Source: Chrysomallon squamiferum (lineage: Eukaryota > Animalia > Mollusca). From it: DNA of 64,000 nucleotides. Location: positions 16,182,001 to 16,246,000 of the forward strand of contig CM022676.1 of NCBI GenBank assembly GCA_012295275.1, given 5' to 3'. The notes beneath the pieces are model-generated. The model did not search any database. It was not told the origin of the DNA and saw only the letters and a program-made list of their open reading frames with translations. Shown here in pieces: positions 14,890 to 30,848 of this stretch. Made by a program: the position numbers and the translations under genes. Numbering within the stretch: the stretch's first letter is position 1; each line of letters opens with the position of its first letter.

Positions 14890-15336
14890 AATGTAAATAA
14901 TGTTGTTAATTATATTTACACTATATTAATGGTATTATTGTATCAAACATTGTCCAATAAAATTATTTCGAAATAATTTAGAAAATAAATATATTCTTCT
15001 GAAAACCTTAGAACTAAACGCACGTCTGCATAATACTTTTCCAAATAATGTTTCATAATATTTATTTTATTCATTGTATTTACTCATTTAATAGTACTAG
15101 TACTACTACTACTACTACTACTACAACTACTACTACTATTACTACTACAACAACTACTACTAATAATAAGAAGAAGAAGAAGAAGAAGAAGAAAAAGAAA
15201 AGGAAGAACAGCAGTAATAATGATGAAACGTTTCCTCTCAAATCTTTGACACTAAAATGAGATCTGTTGAAGATGTTTAGTAAACCCTGTGTTATAACAT
15301 TCATTTCACTGTACATTTTATTTATTTCTTTTGAAG

Positions 15337-15506
15337 TTTTAATGCAAAGTCATACCGTTTTGCTCACTTTGGAGAAGGAACTGGACAAATATGGCTTGCT
15401 GATCTTGGATGTGATGGAGATGAAGACAGTGTTGAAAAGTGTTCATTTTCTGGCTGGGGTAAACACAACTGTGATCACTCACGGGATGCTGGAATCAGCT
15501 GTCAAT
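15337..15506 (+). CDS. SRCR domain 1, exon B: FNAKSYRFAHFGEGTGQIWLADLGCDGDEDSVEKCSFSGWGKHNCDHSRDAGISCQ
   Basis: FG.G.G.IWL..L.C.G.E...C...WG..NC.H..DAG..C signature; AAG acceptor, GTTGGT donor, 170 nt, phase 2-1. Missed by the ORF track in this frame. Confidence 0.92.
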
Positions 15507-16158
15507 GTTGGTTTACACGTGACGTTTTTATTTTATTTTATTTTATTTTATTTCATTGTGTATCAGTAACAAAATGTTTTAACTTGTTGGCATCAAAATT
15601 ATCATTCGTGTGTTTAATGGTGTTGCACTGAAGTGTGTATCTATCTTTATTTGTCTTCAGTAATAACCAAAACAAAATAATATCAGGATTGTGTACAGTA
15701 GTCAACTAAAACGCTAGGTTTAAAATAACCTGAATTTAAATGGGATATAACAATTATGCAATTTTTCGTATTTGTTACTTACTTTACTTGTTTGTTTGTT
15801 TGTTTGTTTGATTGTTTCTTGTTTGTTTGTTTGTTTGATTGTTTCTTGTTTGTTTATTGGTTTCCTTGTTTGACTGTTTGATTATTTGTAATTCATGAAA
15901 GACTTACTATAGGCATCAAAGCTAAACACATACCACTACGATGGTTATAAGAGAGGAAACTCTTTATTGAAACTGTGCAGATTATTCTTGTTGACTTGCA
16001 TATAAATAGGAAAATAAAGTTGGTGGGAGCAGAAACAGCTTCTACGAAATTTTCAGAAGAAATATAGTTACAAGAGTATTAAACGATATTACTAAATCGA
16101 TTTTCTCAAGTAGAAGTAAACATGCAGAGTTATTGAAAATAAACACCAGAAATAACAT

Positions 16159-16189
<31 letters not shown>

Positions 16190-16301
16190 AATAATGTAAT
16201 TAAATTTCAAGAAATCCAATATCTTTATGCTATTCTAAATACAACACTTATAAATTAGAATGAAATATCAAAATTATATAATGAATATATGATTTCTTTA
16301 G

Positions 16302-16446
16302 GCTCTATCAGATTAGTCAATGGTGGAGGTGTTTCAACACAGGGTCGAGTTGAGATCAAACTTAACGATACATGGGGAACTGTCTGTGGTGACAAATTTG
16401 ACGACAAAGACTCAGGCTTTATCTGTACACTTTTAGGATTCAGTCA
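16302..16446 (+). CDS. SRCR domain 2, exon A (type II): SIRLVNGGGVSTQGRVEIKLNDTWGTVCGDKFDDKDSGFICTLLGFS
   Basis: SRCR signature; TTTAG acceptor, GTAAGA donor, 145 nt. Confidence 0.95.
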
Positions 16447-16624
16447 GTAAGAACGTTTTACTTTCAGTTAAACTGTTCAATTTATAAACAGTTGTAAAAT
16501 ATGAGTTCGTTTCTATTTGCGCCATACCAAATAAGATAAAATCTGAATAATCGCATAGTACAGGTTGATCAATATTTCTACTAACCAAGATGAGACAACT
16601 CAGTTTGTATTTTGTAAATACTAG

Positions 16625-16800
16625 ATTCAACGCAAAGACGTATAAGAATACTCACTTTGGAGAAGGAACAGGACCAGTGTGGGTTGATGATGTTAACTGT
16701 GTTAAAGATGACAATGGAGTGAATCACTGTTCTTTCAATGACTGGGGTAAAAAAAACTGTAATCATAAAAAGGATTTGGGAATCAGCTGCTTCCCTCAGG
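16625..16800 (+). CDS. SRCR domain 2, exon B: FNAKTYKNTHFGEGTGPVWVDDVNCVKDDNGVNHCSFNDWGKKNCNHKKDLGISCFPQ
   Basis: SRCR C-terminal half; CTAG acceptor, GTATGT donor, 176 nt. Confidence 0.94.
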
Positions 16801-16983
16801 GTATGTTCTTTATTTTGTTGTTGTTGTTTGTTGTTTTTTGTACTATTTAAAGAACAAAACATTTAGTGTTAAATGTGAAATGCAAGAACCTCTTAGTGTG
16901 AAAAATATCGGCTGTACCTTTTACATTCTTCGATTTATAAAATAACGCCTCTCTCTCTCTCTGTCTCTCTCTCTCTCTTTTTT

Positions 16984-16986
<3 letters not shown>

Positions 16987-17080
<94 letters not shown>
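16987..17080. repeat. (CT)n microsatellite; paralogous tract at 32462-32556
   Basis: Directly visible; same intronic position in both SRCR triplets. Confidence 0.98.
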
Positions 17081-17082
<2 letters not shown>

Positions 17083-17133
17083 ATCGTCGAATGTGCGAAG
17101 CGCTTCGATTGCATCCTCTCCCTTTGACTTTTA

Positions 17134-17175
<42 letters not shown>

Positions 17176-17427
17176 GTCTTTATTTTTATTAATCATTTTA
17201 ACATAGTTACTAGAAGAAATATTTGGCTTCCGGATATTACAAGTAAAAGCTGACTTTGTAAAAATGTAGTGCTAATTATACATTTCGATGTTAAAGTCAT
17301 ATCGCTTGGTAATATTATTTACGTAGATCTATAAAGAAAAATTTCACTTTTGACCCGACCGTTAAACAAAACAAATGAAATTATGAAAATAATTTGTGTT
17401 TTTGATCGTTTCTTCAACTGACTTCAG

Positions 17428-17572
17428 TTTCTGTTCGATTGGTGAATGGAGGAGGAATTGCAACACGAGGCAGACTTGAAATAGAAAACAACGGGACATG
17501 GGGAACTGTCTGTGATAATGAATTTGACGACAGAGATGCTGGTGTCATCTGTTACATGCTGGGTTTTAGTCG
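17428..17572 (+). CDS. SRCR domain 3, exon A (type III): SVRLVNGGGIATRGRLEIENNGTWGTVCDNEFDDRDAGVICYMLGFS
   Basis: SRCR signature; TTCAG acceptor, GTAAAT donor, 145 nt. Confidence 0.95.
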
Positions 17573-18253
17573 GTAAATAATAATTTAATTATTTATTTAT
17601 ATCTAGCAGTGTTATGTCTTCAACATATATTGTATGTTGTTACAGCTTTCGATGCAGCGACATGTATACAATTGTATAAAATCCTGAGTTCTTAATTCAA
17701 TATTTTGCCTATTCTGATTTTGTAACTTATAGGTGTATATATATATATATATATATATATTCCTACCTAGAAATCGAGGGTAGTGTAAATATTTAACAGA
17801 AAAATAGTAAATATCTGTTTCGCACGTCTTTAATCCACTTTTGTTAATTTAACCGTTTTCATTACTTAAATGCTTATTATACTATCACTTAAAATTCAAA
17901 TTATATGAGATAATATTATTGTGTTTTTTGTGTGTTTTTTTACTGTTTTCACACCAATAAATCATTATTGATTATTCTACAATAATACAAATAATAATTA
18001 TAAAAAAAATAACCCTGAAATTACTTTACGCTGTTTTAATTAATTAGTGATGAAGAAATACAGATTCAAGAAGAATTGTATTGTGAAATATAAGTATTAA
18101 TAAATTATTTGTAAAACGTATAATCAAAAATTTACAGAAAATGATCTGATTATAAATTATTGCTTTCGATTCGGCGACACATTTCTTTTTTTTTAATCAT
18201 TTTACAGGATAGTCCATCAGCAACATGACGAATAAGTCTTATTATTCTATTTT

Positions 18254-18299
<46 letters not shown>

Positions 18300-18404
18300 G
18301 ATTATTAATTTATTTATTTATTTCTAGATTATAAGTCCCTTAGTGACATCACGACTAAGCATTATTATTATATTCCGTAGTCTAATTATTAATATTAATT
18401 TCAG

Positions 18405-18580
18405 TCTTGGAGTAAAATCCTATAGATCATCTCAGTTTGGAGAAGGCAATGGATCTATTTGGCTTGATGGACTTGACTGTAGGGGAGATGAAGAAAGTGT
18501 AGACTATTGTTCATTCTTTACTCGGGTTGACAACAACTGTAGTCATAAACAAGACGTGGGAATCAGCTGTTTGAATCGTT
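18405..18580 (+). CDS. SRCR domain 3, exon B: LGVKSYRSSQFGEGNGSIWLDGLDCRGDEESVDYCSFFTRVDNNCSHKQDVGISCLNR
   Basis: SRCR C-terminal half; TTTCAG acceptor, GTAAGT donor, 176 nt. The conserved Trp before the NC motif is Arg here. Confidence 0.94.
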
Positions 18581-18749
18581 GTAAGTAGTGATATATAGAA
18601 TTAGTAAAATAAATGACAGCAAAATATTTAGTGAACAGACGAAATGAGGGCGATCTAGGAGATGTAACAAAACAAATGTGAAGACTTATGCTAATCAGGT
18701 TCTCGTGTCTGTTCTTTTAATTGATGTATTGTCTATGTCTGACCTAATA

Positions 18750-20700
<1,951 letters not shown>

Positions 20701-22571
20701 AACAAATTGTTACTTTCATCACATCTGCACTTTTAACTTTTAAGCAAATGAATTGAAATTCCGTAACTTTAATTTTAACTACAACCTCATCCGCTTTTTT
20801 ATTATTTGCTCAAAATGTTCAACTCCATGGCGTTGCTATATAAGGGCTAGCATTTGGTAATTAAAGAGAAAAGTAAGAGAAGTAAGCGAAAGCGTAGGAA
20901 ACGGTCAAGATGAAAGTTCAGTCAGGCGGGGAAACCAAAAGTTTTTGAATGACATTGTCTTTACGGACGAGTATGGTAAGCAATTGTCTATTCTTACTTT
21001 CATAGTGTGTAAAGTGGAATTATCTTGTGTCAATAATATTTATTATACCTAAAATTTGAAGGTTTTAATCTGTTTTATTTTGTCTTGGTTCCCCGTATGA
21101 TCTTACTCGTATCATTAATCAAAATTACTTAAAGTGTGTTTTATGAGTGTATTATGTATTATTACCACTTCAACTGTATATCATAATTAAATCCTTAAGG
21201 TGAACCTTAGTTTGTGTTGAGTTTATTTCTGTAGTGGATGGATATACTTTTTGATTTATATAGATTGCTGTCAATTTAGCGTATATATTCCATGTTAGCT
21301 GGCCATTAAAACACCTTGTTACCCTCGGCTGAGCCTCAATAAAACATCCAAGGTGTTTATAGCTGTGAGTCCCGTGATACTGATCAAGAGATGTATGGTG
21401 TATTAGATGTTTAGTAAACATATAACAGTCGGCTTGTACCGCAAAACAACAAAGTTTCTGTCAAAGTTTCTCTACAATCTTTGAATTAACTTGTAATTTG
21501 TAGTCGCAAAATGCGTTTCATTGTATTTAACAATAATTTCAAATTACAGTTTATAATGTGGCGACATTTATAGGTCAGGCTGAGATTCGGAAAATTATCT
21601 AATACAAAATTAAAATTCCAGATTTCTTGTGTACATTTTCCAGCAGTACATTTTTTTTTTTTTTTTTTGCCTTTTTTAATTTTTTTTTTTTTTTTTTTTT
21701 TTGCGTTGCTATATGGAAATTAATGTGTGACGCGCATCTTAAATTATGTATAAGATATATTCAGAAAAACAAAAATCCATTCGTACCTAATGAAGTTTAA
21801 AAGTTCACCTTTGTACGCAGAATTATTTACACTCCATAACTGTTTTGGAAAAAAATGTCTCTCATATTATAACATTTGTAATGTTTTAGGGATATGAAAT
21901 ATGCTTTTTTGATGACTTACAATTCAATATACTGCTGACACGATTAAAAAAGATGTAGATAATCATGTTTTATCCGTTATGATATTTGGAATTCTATATA
22001 CATTTCTTGTGATGTTAATTTATTTTTATAGTTCGTGACAACCTTATTGAATATAACAGTCCAGATATTTATTATTTAGCCTACCAATGTGTTGAATGCC
22101 TCACTTCAAAGCTGGTATTTCTTCAGTCAGAACATGTCACTGGACTTAGAAACTGAAAGTGAGGTGTCCCTCGCGTAACATACTTCTATGTACACGGGTC
22201 TGTATTAGAATCAGCTACGTATTTTGATACTTGTTCATTGGGTATCTCCCTGCTGTGTCTGAAATACTTCAGATAACCTTGGAGAGGATCGTGGTAATAG
22301 CTGTAGCTATTATCCATCTTTGCTCTTGAAGAAGTAACACATGGCATTATGATGTCAGATTTTTTCTTCTAATCGCAAGAGTTCAAAGGATGACATGTGA
22401 ACACACATTCTCATCTGTGGTCTGTTCATCGGCTTGATTTATCGGGTGGATGATAGGGTGAACTGCTCGTTTTCTAACACTTGACTGCACTGTGACATGT
22501 AGCATTCTGATATTCAGACCACTGTCTGGTGGGACTCTGCTGAACACGAATGATACATTATATGAAAAATG

Positions 22572-22623
<52 letters not shown>

Positions 22624-23982
22624 GAAGAAACTACAAAAAAAAGAAGAAAAAAGCGTTAACCTGAAAGACAGGAGTTCTGCTTTTCATCCACAGTATCTTT
22701 GAAAGCAATACTATGTGTTGTTTTATCTGTTGTCATACACTCAGTTTCTTCAAATCTAGAGTTGCTAGCCCCATCATCGTTTTTGTTATTATTATCATCA
22801 TCATTATAATTATTATTATTACTGTTATTATTATTGTCGTGGTCTTTATTATTGTTATTATTACTGATCAGTTGCAGTTATTTATCATCTGACAATGTAG
22901 ACAAATGCAAATAATTTTTACTGTTTATTTCTGCACTTATGCGCAGAGTATTAACAATGAGTTTATCAGATCGTCGTACAATACACCCTGTGTAACTTTC
23001 TTGTCTTGTCATACACACTGTTTAATCTGATCTATATAAGAAACAAACACACACTCGCTATACAGCTTACGCGAGTATCAATTCAGCAAGTTGTGTTAGG
23101 AGGTTAAATCTGTTTCAGATGAATGACTCTGTATTTTACATGACTTTCCAAACAATTTAGTCTGGTTTATTTTGCTTTGGCGTGTGATCTACTCGGCGAA
23201 AAACTAATTTGGCGTCTGATTTCTAGCAGGCAGGTAAAGTAATATATATATATATTATGTAAGTATGTATGTGTGTGTGTGTATGTTTGTATCTATGTGT
23301 ACGTATTTATCTATATTAGTATGTAATAATGTTTATATGTGAAACAGTATTCACGTTAGATTGAAAATACTGTATCTTTGCAATGATTTTAATAAATAGC
23401 AAGGGCTTTCGATCTATATATATGTAAGAACATTACTTCCAAGCTACTTGGTCATTGATACATATATGATTAAAGAACGAAAATAAACGAAATAATAATG
23501 AAAATAAGTTTGTAGAATAAATGCATAGCTTACACACCAAATATTTTCCTGCGTTTCAATTCATCGATAAATTATAAATATATAATAAAAAAAAAAAAAA
23601 AATAACAAAGTAAAATAAATAAATTTAAAAATTAAATTAATATAACAATAATAATAAAAATAAGTGTGTAGAATTTTGTCAGTGTAGATCACAAGTCAAA
23701 GTAGCACGCATCTAGCTGTCGTGGTAGCAGTACTGAATTATTGCTGTCTGATCTAAATAACAAACATTCACGTTTTAGAAAATTCACTGAGTGAAAACGA
23801 GCTTTTAAGACATAAACAGTTCACAGCCAACAGAACATTTTAAAATTATTTTTAGATAAAATATAATTCTTGTCTCTGCGAGTTTTTCAATTGTATATAT
23901 ATATATATATACGCACACACCTGTAGATGTGGGTGCCACATAATTAAGAACATAATTTAGATTCTTAATGACTGTGATTATC

Positions 23983-24025
<43 letters not shown>

Positions 24026-26677
24026 GACTTTCACGGTAAACAAAGGGAATCTTGAGAGCAAAGATTTGCTATTTAATTTTCTGAGATATTTTTCTACCTC
24101 GTCTCTGTCTATGATTTAAATTTGCTTGGAATCTCATTCACAAAATTTGAATATCGAATACATTTCACTGGTTTGTCGATAAACGATGTTCGGACCTGCG
24201 TATTAATAACTGAAAAAGAGGAAGAAGAAGTAGAAGAAGAAGATAACGTTCAACAATCTAAATGCAGCAAATAATAAAAAGCATCTGCTTACATTTTTTT
24301 TTTTTTTCATGTTTTATAATATATAGCTGTTGTTGTTTCGCCCGTTATTTTTGCTATTGAACATGTATTATTTTTTATCTTGAATGTTCATAAACGTAAA
24401 CGTTCATATTGTCCTATTTATTTCTACACTTACGCGCTGACACCGTACAAAAACAGTGAATATTGCAAGTAGTCGTAAATAGCACTGGGTTGTACCTCTG
24501 TGTATCTCGTGCAGCCGTGATACACTGTTTGTATCTGACCAACATAACAAACAAACACACATTTGCTATACTGGTTATGCGAATATGATTTGAGTCCCAT
24601 TATATGTACCGGGATATATTTGGAAAACGAAAACAGCATTACAAAATTACCTTTAAGTATGCTTTAACGACCTATATCATAGAGTAATAATTAAAAACAA
24701 ACAAACAAAAACAACAACAGCAAACAAAGAAACAATAACTGCAACAGTCATATCTAAATAGTATATTTTGTCTGTACGCTCGTTTATAAATTATTAAATA
24801 GTTGTACCAAGATATAATCATGCAATGTTGGGTTAACTTAGCTGTCCGGTTACAAAATACTTGTATTATTTGTAATATATATTATATTTGTCTGTTTGCC
24901 TGTTTATGAATTGTCAAACAGTTACATCTAGAATAATTCTACATTGTGTACATCTGGATTCAGTTAGCTTTCCGATTATAAGATTAAGCTTAGACAGCCA
25001 GAATGTTATGTATACAAAAACAGGAATCAGGATAAACATTAAGTAATTGTGTCTGACAGAGACAAAATGATTTGTTCAGTTTTTAAATATGTACTTTTTG
25101 TAACTACAGTGGTTTAATATATATAATGTTTATTACAATATAAATTGGGTTACATATACTCAATTTGAGCATTCAGCAAACAAAATTTGGCGATCTAATT
25201 ACATGATACTGGGAGTACATAATAGGGAGACTTGTGTTTAAATAAAGTGTGAACATCGATGAAGACAATTAATAACGTGAACTGAGAGAGACAACGTTAC
25301 AAAAATTGAGTTTATTGTAGAAAAAAAAAATAATATTAATAATTAGAATAATTTAAAAATAAAGAAAAGATATACTAAAGAAAAAAGTAAAAGAAAAAGT
25401 GTTTGCTGCAATCTATATCCGGATAGATATCAAATCCTACTCGCAAAATATCGACGAAATTTTTACTTAAACTGACGCAGTGACTGAGAGAAAATACAAG
25501 TGAAACAAGATGATAATCATAACGAATGAACCAATAACGAGAATCGAGTGATAAGTTTAGATATAACAGATTTTTGTTATTATTGATTGATGCATTAATT
25601 TAGTTAGTATAATGTATTCACGCTGTTCATTCAAGTTTGCATGTGGTATGTATGCCAGAGCAGTTTTTATTTGAACGATCGTTAAAAAAGTGACGAATTA
25701 TGACATCAAAACGTTTCGGTTTAAATAATATCATTAATTTCATTATTTTGATCTTTGCTTAAAAATCGTGGTTTCAAAAATATATTTTTTACTTGTCCGA
25801 TGACAACAGTTCCTGGTTCACAAGTACGATCGATGTTCGGCTTAATGGGCGATATTACGTGTTATTATTGTTCACCTGTTCCGTTCCGTTTATAGGCGAG
25901 AAAACCAAATATTAAAAGGACACATTAGCTATATTTTATTATCATACATTTAATAATTTAATTTAATAATTCCTATAATAATTCCCATAATAATTCCTAT
26001 AAACATTAGTCACATTCACACATAATTATTAATACGTGCATACATGCATATTTAAACGTATACATATATACATATGTTCAAACATGTATACAAACACCTA
26101 TACGCATAAGTATCCATATTCAGCTACAAAAATAGCCTTCTCAGTACATTCTATTCTGATTACTGAATCACTAAAGTAAAACACTGAGAAAATGTCAAGT
26201 TTTTGAAGAAGAGAACTTAGACGTAAATAGGTATCCAGCTGTACACGAAAGTAAATACATTTAAAAAAATATGGAAATCATAGGAGTGTTTATTAAAATT
26301 AAAATGAGATATCAGTTTGTGTAGGTAACAGAATACTGATGGTTACAAATTATTATGCACCTTTTTTGTTTAATTTGTCATAGTTGTTGTCTTGTTATGC
26401 AAGACTCTGTTAAAACGTTACAACTTATTGTGAGATAATTATAATGCTTCTCTCTTTGTTTTCTTTTTTTTTCCAAATATAATTGTACACTGGTTTTAGT
26501 TTTGTGATGAAACTAGCATGGCCAGTATATAAACTTAACTTTGTTTGTTTGAAATGTAGACTAGATAAATTAGTGTGTCATTAACACACAAAGATATATT
26601 CGGTTAATATTTACGAGGATCAAATATGTTACTGTAGCTTAGAGCAAAACCGGCAGTTCTATATGACTGCGTGTGTA

Positions 26678-26716
<39 letters not shown>

Positions 26717-27579
26717 TTGTGTTCATCTGTGTATGATATGTATATATCTCAGTGTGTGTATGTACATCAAAATATTTGACTGTACCTATGGAGAAAACGG
26801 TAAATACACTAAATGTTTTTTACCTACTACCGAATTGTTTTATTTCATTTTGTCTTATTAGGACAATTTCACGGGTTCAGAAGGTTTAATCTAAAAAAAA
26901 TGCCAGAGATATATGTGGCTTCATGGGTAACAGGAAATATGTGTATGAAGGATGTAACACCAAAGGGACGTGACAACAAAATTAACCTTATTTCAAAATT
27001 GTCTACAATTTTTGGGATGGTCAAATAAATATTTACCATTTGCTTAAAAAGGAATTCATTCATTGTTTAATCTTTAATGTATGTTGATAACAGCTTCGGA
27101 ATGTGCCTGTGTTGGTAAATCATCAATAACATGATTCTTCGATAGTTACAAACCAATTATTTATCTGTACAATATTCAAGACATTAAATACGTTTATTCG
27201 CTGAAGAATGTATTAGAATGTATTACTGAATCAGTACAGAAGTTGAGAACAGAATATCTGTAATTAAATACACGGACATACGAACCGTTGTTCACAGCAT
27301 CAGACACACACAAACAGAACCACATAAACACTCGCGCCCGTACAATCACATTTAGACACATTCATGGAGGTATATACGTATCTCAAATATATATAATGAC
27401 AAACGATTTGGAATTAATAAATACAGATAGATAGATAAATCAAGACGAATAGAAAGACAAGTAGACAGACTATAGAAATAAAGGTTTTCTTCACTGTTCT
27501 TGATAACAATACTTTTTTACCTCATGTGTCATACGTTCCATTCCAGCTACTAAGAACAAACAGGCGTACGATTACGAAA

Positions 27580-27745
27580 TAAAATTCGTCAGTCAACGTC
27601 AAATGTACATCAGGCTAGGAACGAGGATCTGAATTAAAGTAGTAGTGTTTGCTGGAGACACACTGATGTAGTCAGTTTTTAATTAAGAAATGTCCTTCTT
27701 TCTATATGTATGAATTTATTTACTACAGTCATTTCAAGTATATCA
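27580..27745 (+). pseudogene. Decayed copy of the promoter/leader exon upstream of the second SRCR block
   Basis: Homologous to 1055-1235. ATG retained at 27690 but TGA at 27711-27713, TATA lost and donor context altered. Confidence 0.75.
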
Positions 27746-28402
27746 TATTATTTTTATTTATATAGTTATTAAGAAAGAAATAACCGATAGTTATAATAAT
27801 AATTAAATCTGTGAATCCGTGAGGTGTGGAATTATGACTTCGATAACGTTCTCACGAGGAAACGAAAACAAAAAATTGAAACAGAAAGTTTTCATTTATA
27901 AAGTGTTCAACGACGATAAACGATGTTCAGTACTGTCTAATAATAACTCAAGACGAAAATGAAAAAAAAACACTTTACTATATATTTTATTTAGTACTTA
28001 CTATTAGCATTCATATAGTCATAACTCATATTCACACATGCAGTACGAGTTTGGTAAGCAATAGTCTATTCTTACTTTGATAGGGTGTAACGTGCAGTTA
28101 ACCTGTGTCAATAACATTTATTATACCTAAAATGTTAATATTTTAATGTGTCCTCCGTGCAGATTCTTATTCTCTCTTGGTTCACTGAATCACCTTTCTC
28201 GTATCATTATTCAAAATTACTTAAACATATCTTTTATGATTGTACAATGTATTAGTATCAAGTCACCTATGCGTAACAATTAAATTATATATTATTTAAG
28301 CCGTATTTTAAAGAAAATGTTTTGCTAATTTGAATTTGTTTTTAATTTTAAATATTCAGTGTGGTGTGATTCATGACCGTGTTGATATTGTGTGATTAAA
28401 AC

Positions 28403-28421
28403 GTTTCAGTTTCACTTCCGG
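28403..28421 (-). promoter_or_regulatory. Second ISRE / ETS-IRF composite-like motif
   Basis: Identical to 13233-13251, about 1.1 kb upstream of SRCR exon A4. Confidence 0.5.
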
Positions 28422-29244
28422 GTCATGCGCTGTTTTTATCAGTGATTAAAAATTCGGCTGAACTGTTTGTTTGCAGCTGCTGATGATTAAACTCATTGGT
28501 TTTCTGTAAAGAGATATTTTAGAGTAAAACAAAAAAATGTTTCTTAGTTAAATGCTTTATATTCTGTGTTCATACAAGCAGTAATAAAACTAAACTTAAA
28601 TATTTCACACATTAATAACTTTTAATTAATGTACTCATAAAGTTGAATTGTCTGGTCCCATTAATCATTATAATTGTCAACTATGCATGATATTTATTTT
28701 AAAAAATAATAATAAAATAAAACGAAAACAAAAAGAAAGAAAAAATGCGACTCTTATTTCTATCAAATAAAAAATCATGTCACTACTTTCTATTCTGATT
28801 CTGTTTTAAAGTAGAACATATTTAACTTAAAAACAAAATTAATTATTACTTCCAACGGTTTATACTGTCTGTTCATTCAGGCACTAATAAAGCCAAACTT
28901 AAATCTTTGACAAATGAATTATAATTAATTAATGCAGTTATAAAGTTGAATTATCTGGTCGTGTTCAACATAGCAATTGCCAAATATGTACAGTGTTACA
29001 ATAATAAAAAATGTTTTCTATTCTGACTTTGGATTTGCTAAATTAAAATACTGAGAAAAATAAAAACATATGTATTCTAAGCACAGAACTTAGACGTAAA
29101 GAGGAAACCAGTGGTGGAAGAAATTAAACATTTTTGGAAAATTGAAATAACGGATTGGTGTAAATTATTATTTCATTAATTATATATTAACCATGGCTGT
29201 GTCAGTTCATATTGAAACCTTTCAGTATTTCATTATTATTATTA

Positions 29245-29285
<41 letters not shown>

Positions 29286-29500
29286 TTTTTATTACAGTAA
29301 ATATAATTAAAATCGTTGCTAATGACAGAAATGTTCGATGTTGGTATCTATAACAATGACAAAGATATCACATGTGTATTATACTTTAACAAATATCTTT
29401 GTAAATGAAAATTATCATATTTCTGTATATACTGTTTTCTTTCTGAATAATGTGCACTGTCATAACTGACTGATGATATACAAACCTTTTATTATTTCAG

Positions 29501-29645
29501 TACCAGTACGATTAGTGAATGGGAGGGGAATACCAACACAAGGTCGAGTTGAGATTCAAGTAAACGGGACGTGGGGAACAATTTGTTATGGTCATTTTGA
29601 TGAGAAAGAAGCTTCTGTTTTATGTCACATGCTAGGATTTAGTCG
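29501..29645 (+). CDS. SRCR domain 4, exon A (type I): [47 protein letters not shown]
   Basis: SRCR signature; TTTCAG acceptor, GTAATG donor, 145 nt. Confidence 0.95.
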
Positions 29646-29720
29646 GTAATGTGTTTATTATATTTGTCTTTATTTATTTGTGTTGCTTAATGAAATGAAA
29701 CAAAATACGTCTTTTTACAG

Positions 29721-29794
29721 TGGGGAACAATCAGTAAAAGCAGTCTTGACACAAGAGATGCTGGTGTTCTCTGTTCAATGAAAGGATTTAGTTG
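29721..29794 (+). pseudogene. Remnant 3' half of an SRCR A exon (WGTISKSSLDTRDAGVLCSMKGFS)
   Basis: Homologous to the 3' half of exon 37262-37406 and followed by the homologous intron. First Cys lost; donor GT changed to GA. Confidence 0.85.
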
Positions 29795-29849
29795 GAAAAA
29801 ATAGTTTGTGCAATATTATTTTTTACCAACGGATTATTGACTACTATTA

Positions 29850-29885
<36 letters not shown>

Positions 29886-30017
29886 TTACTACTACTACTA
29901 CTACTACAACTACTACTGCTGCTGCTGCTACTGCTACTACTACTACTACTGCTATTGCTGTTATATTAATTTGTCACTTGATCTGTGTGTATCACTATAT
30001 AACTGTGATGTTTCCGA

Positions 30018-30075
30018 TGGTATGTGACGTTTTGACACAAGAGATGCGGGTGTTTCGTGTCCAATGATGGCATTT
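30018..30075 (+). pseudogene. Older ghost of an SRCR A-exon 3' half (VCD/FDTRDAGVSCPMMAF); more decayed homologue at about 37572-37632
   Basis: Translates to a clear match of FDTKDAGVLCSMLGF; no splice sites. Confidence 0.7.
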
Positions 30076-30848
30076 TGTGTCCTACTATGTAATTGTTGGT
30101 ATTTATCTACCAACTTACCTGTTGGTTTAAGATAGTGTCAGGTATTTAATACGTAACGATATGAGCCGAGTGCTATAAAATAACACACAGACCAGTGTCC
30201 AGTTACAAGGCACTTGGTTGATCAGGATTAAACACTTCGGAACTCGACTCATCTCTCTCTCATTTTTTTGTATTTAGACTGGACCCGATGCCTCCTAGAC
30301 TGCTAGTAGTTCTACAGCAAAATAATAACCAAGGAAAAAATAATAACGGTTATAGTATCATCGATGATTGCTTATTCTTTATTACAGTATTATTTGTGTT
30401 TCTGATTCTAATGTAAACCATAATGGAATACATATTTTTAATGAAGTAACGAAATGAACAGGTTTCCTGATACTTTGGAGATTAGCATTAAATCATTTGC
30501 TTTTCTTGTGATTGTAAAAGAGGAAAGAGTTTACGTTATTCTCTCTATCAGACGATATCAAACTGAAAACAATATAAACAAAACAAAATAATAATAATAA
30601 AATAAAACTTACATAGTAAAAATATCACAGACAAGAATACATATTTATTTTCTCATTATTTTCCCTTAAAAATACCAGTGCAATAAAAGAAATTAATAAG
30701 AGAGATTCCGTCATTCCTCACCCTGTACCGAAAATTCGTTTCATTATGGCCTGATTCTAAAATATAAGCTATGATAATTTAATTTTGTTAAAATGTATAT
30801 TTTAACAGATGATCAGCAACGTATCAAGATTTATCATATATATTTCAG

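Noticed and set aside
15267-15569. ORF-track proteins overlapping SRCR exons in other frames or strands (also 46106-46333, 31686-31922, 16581-16862)
   Set aside because: They are shadow frames of the real SRCR exons.
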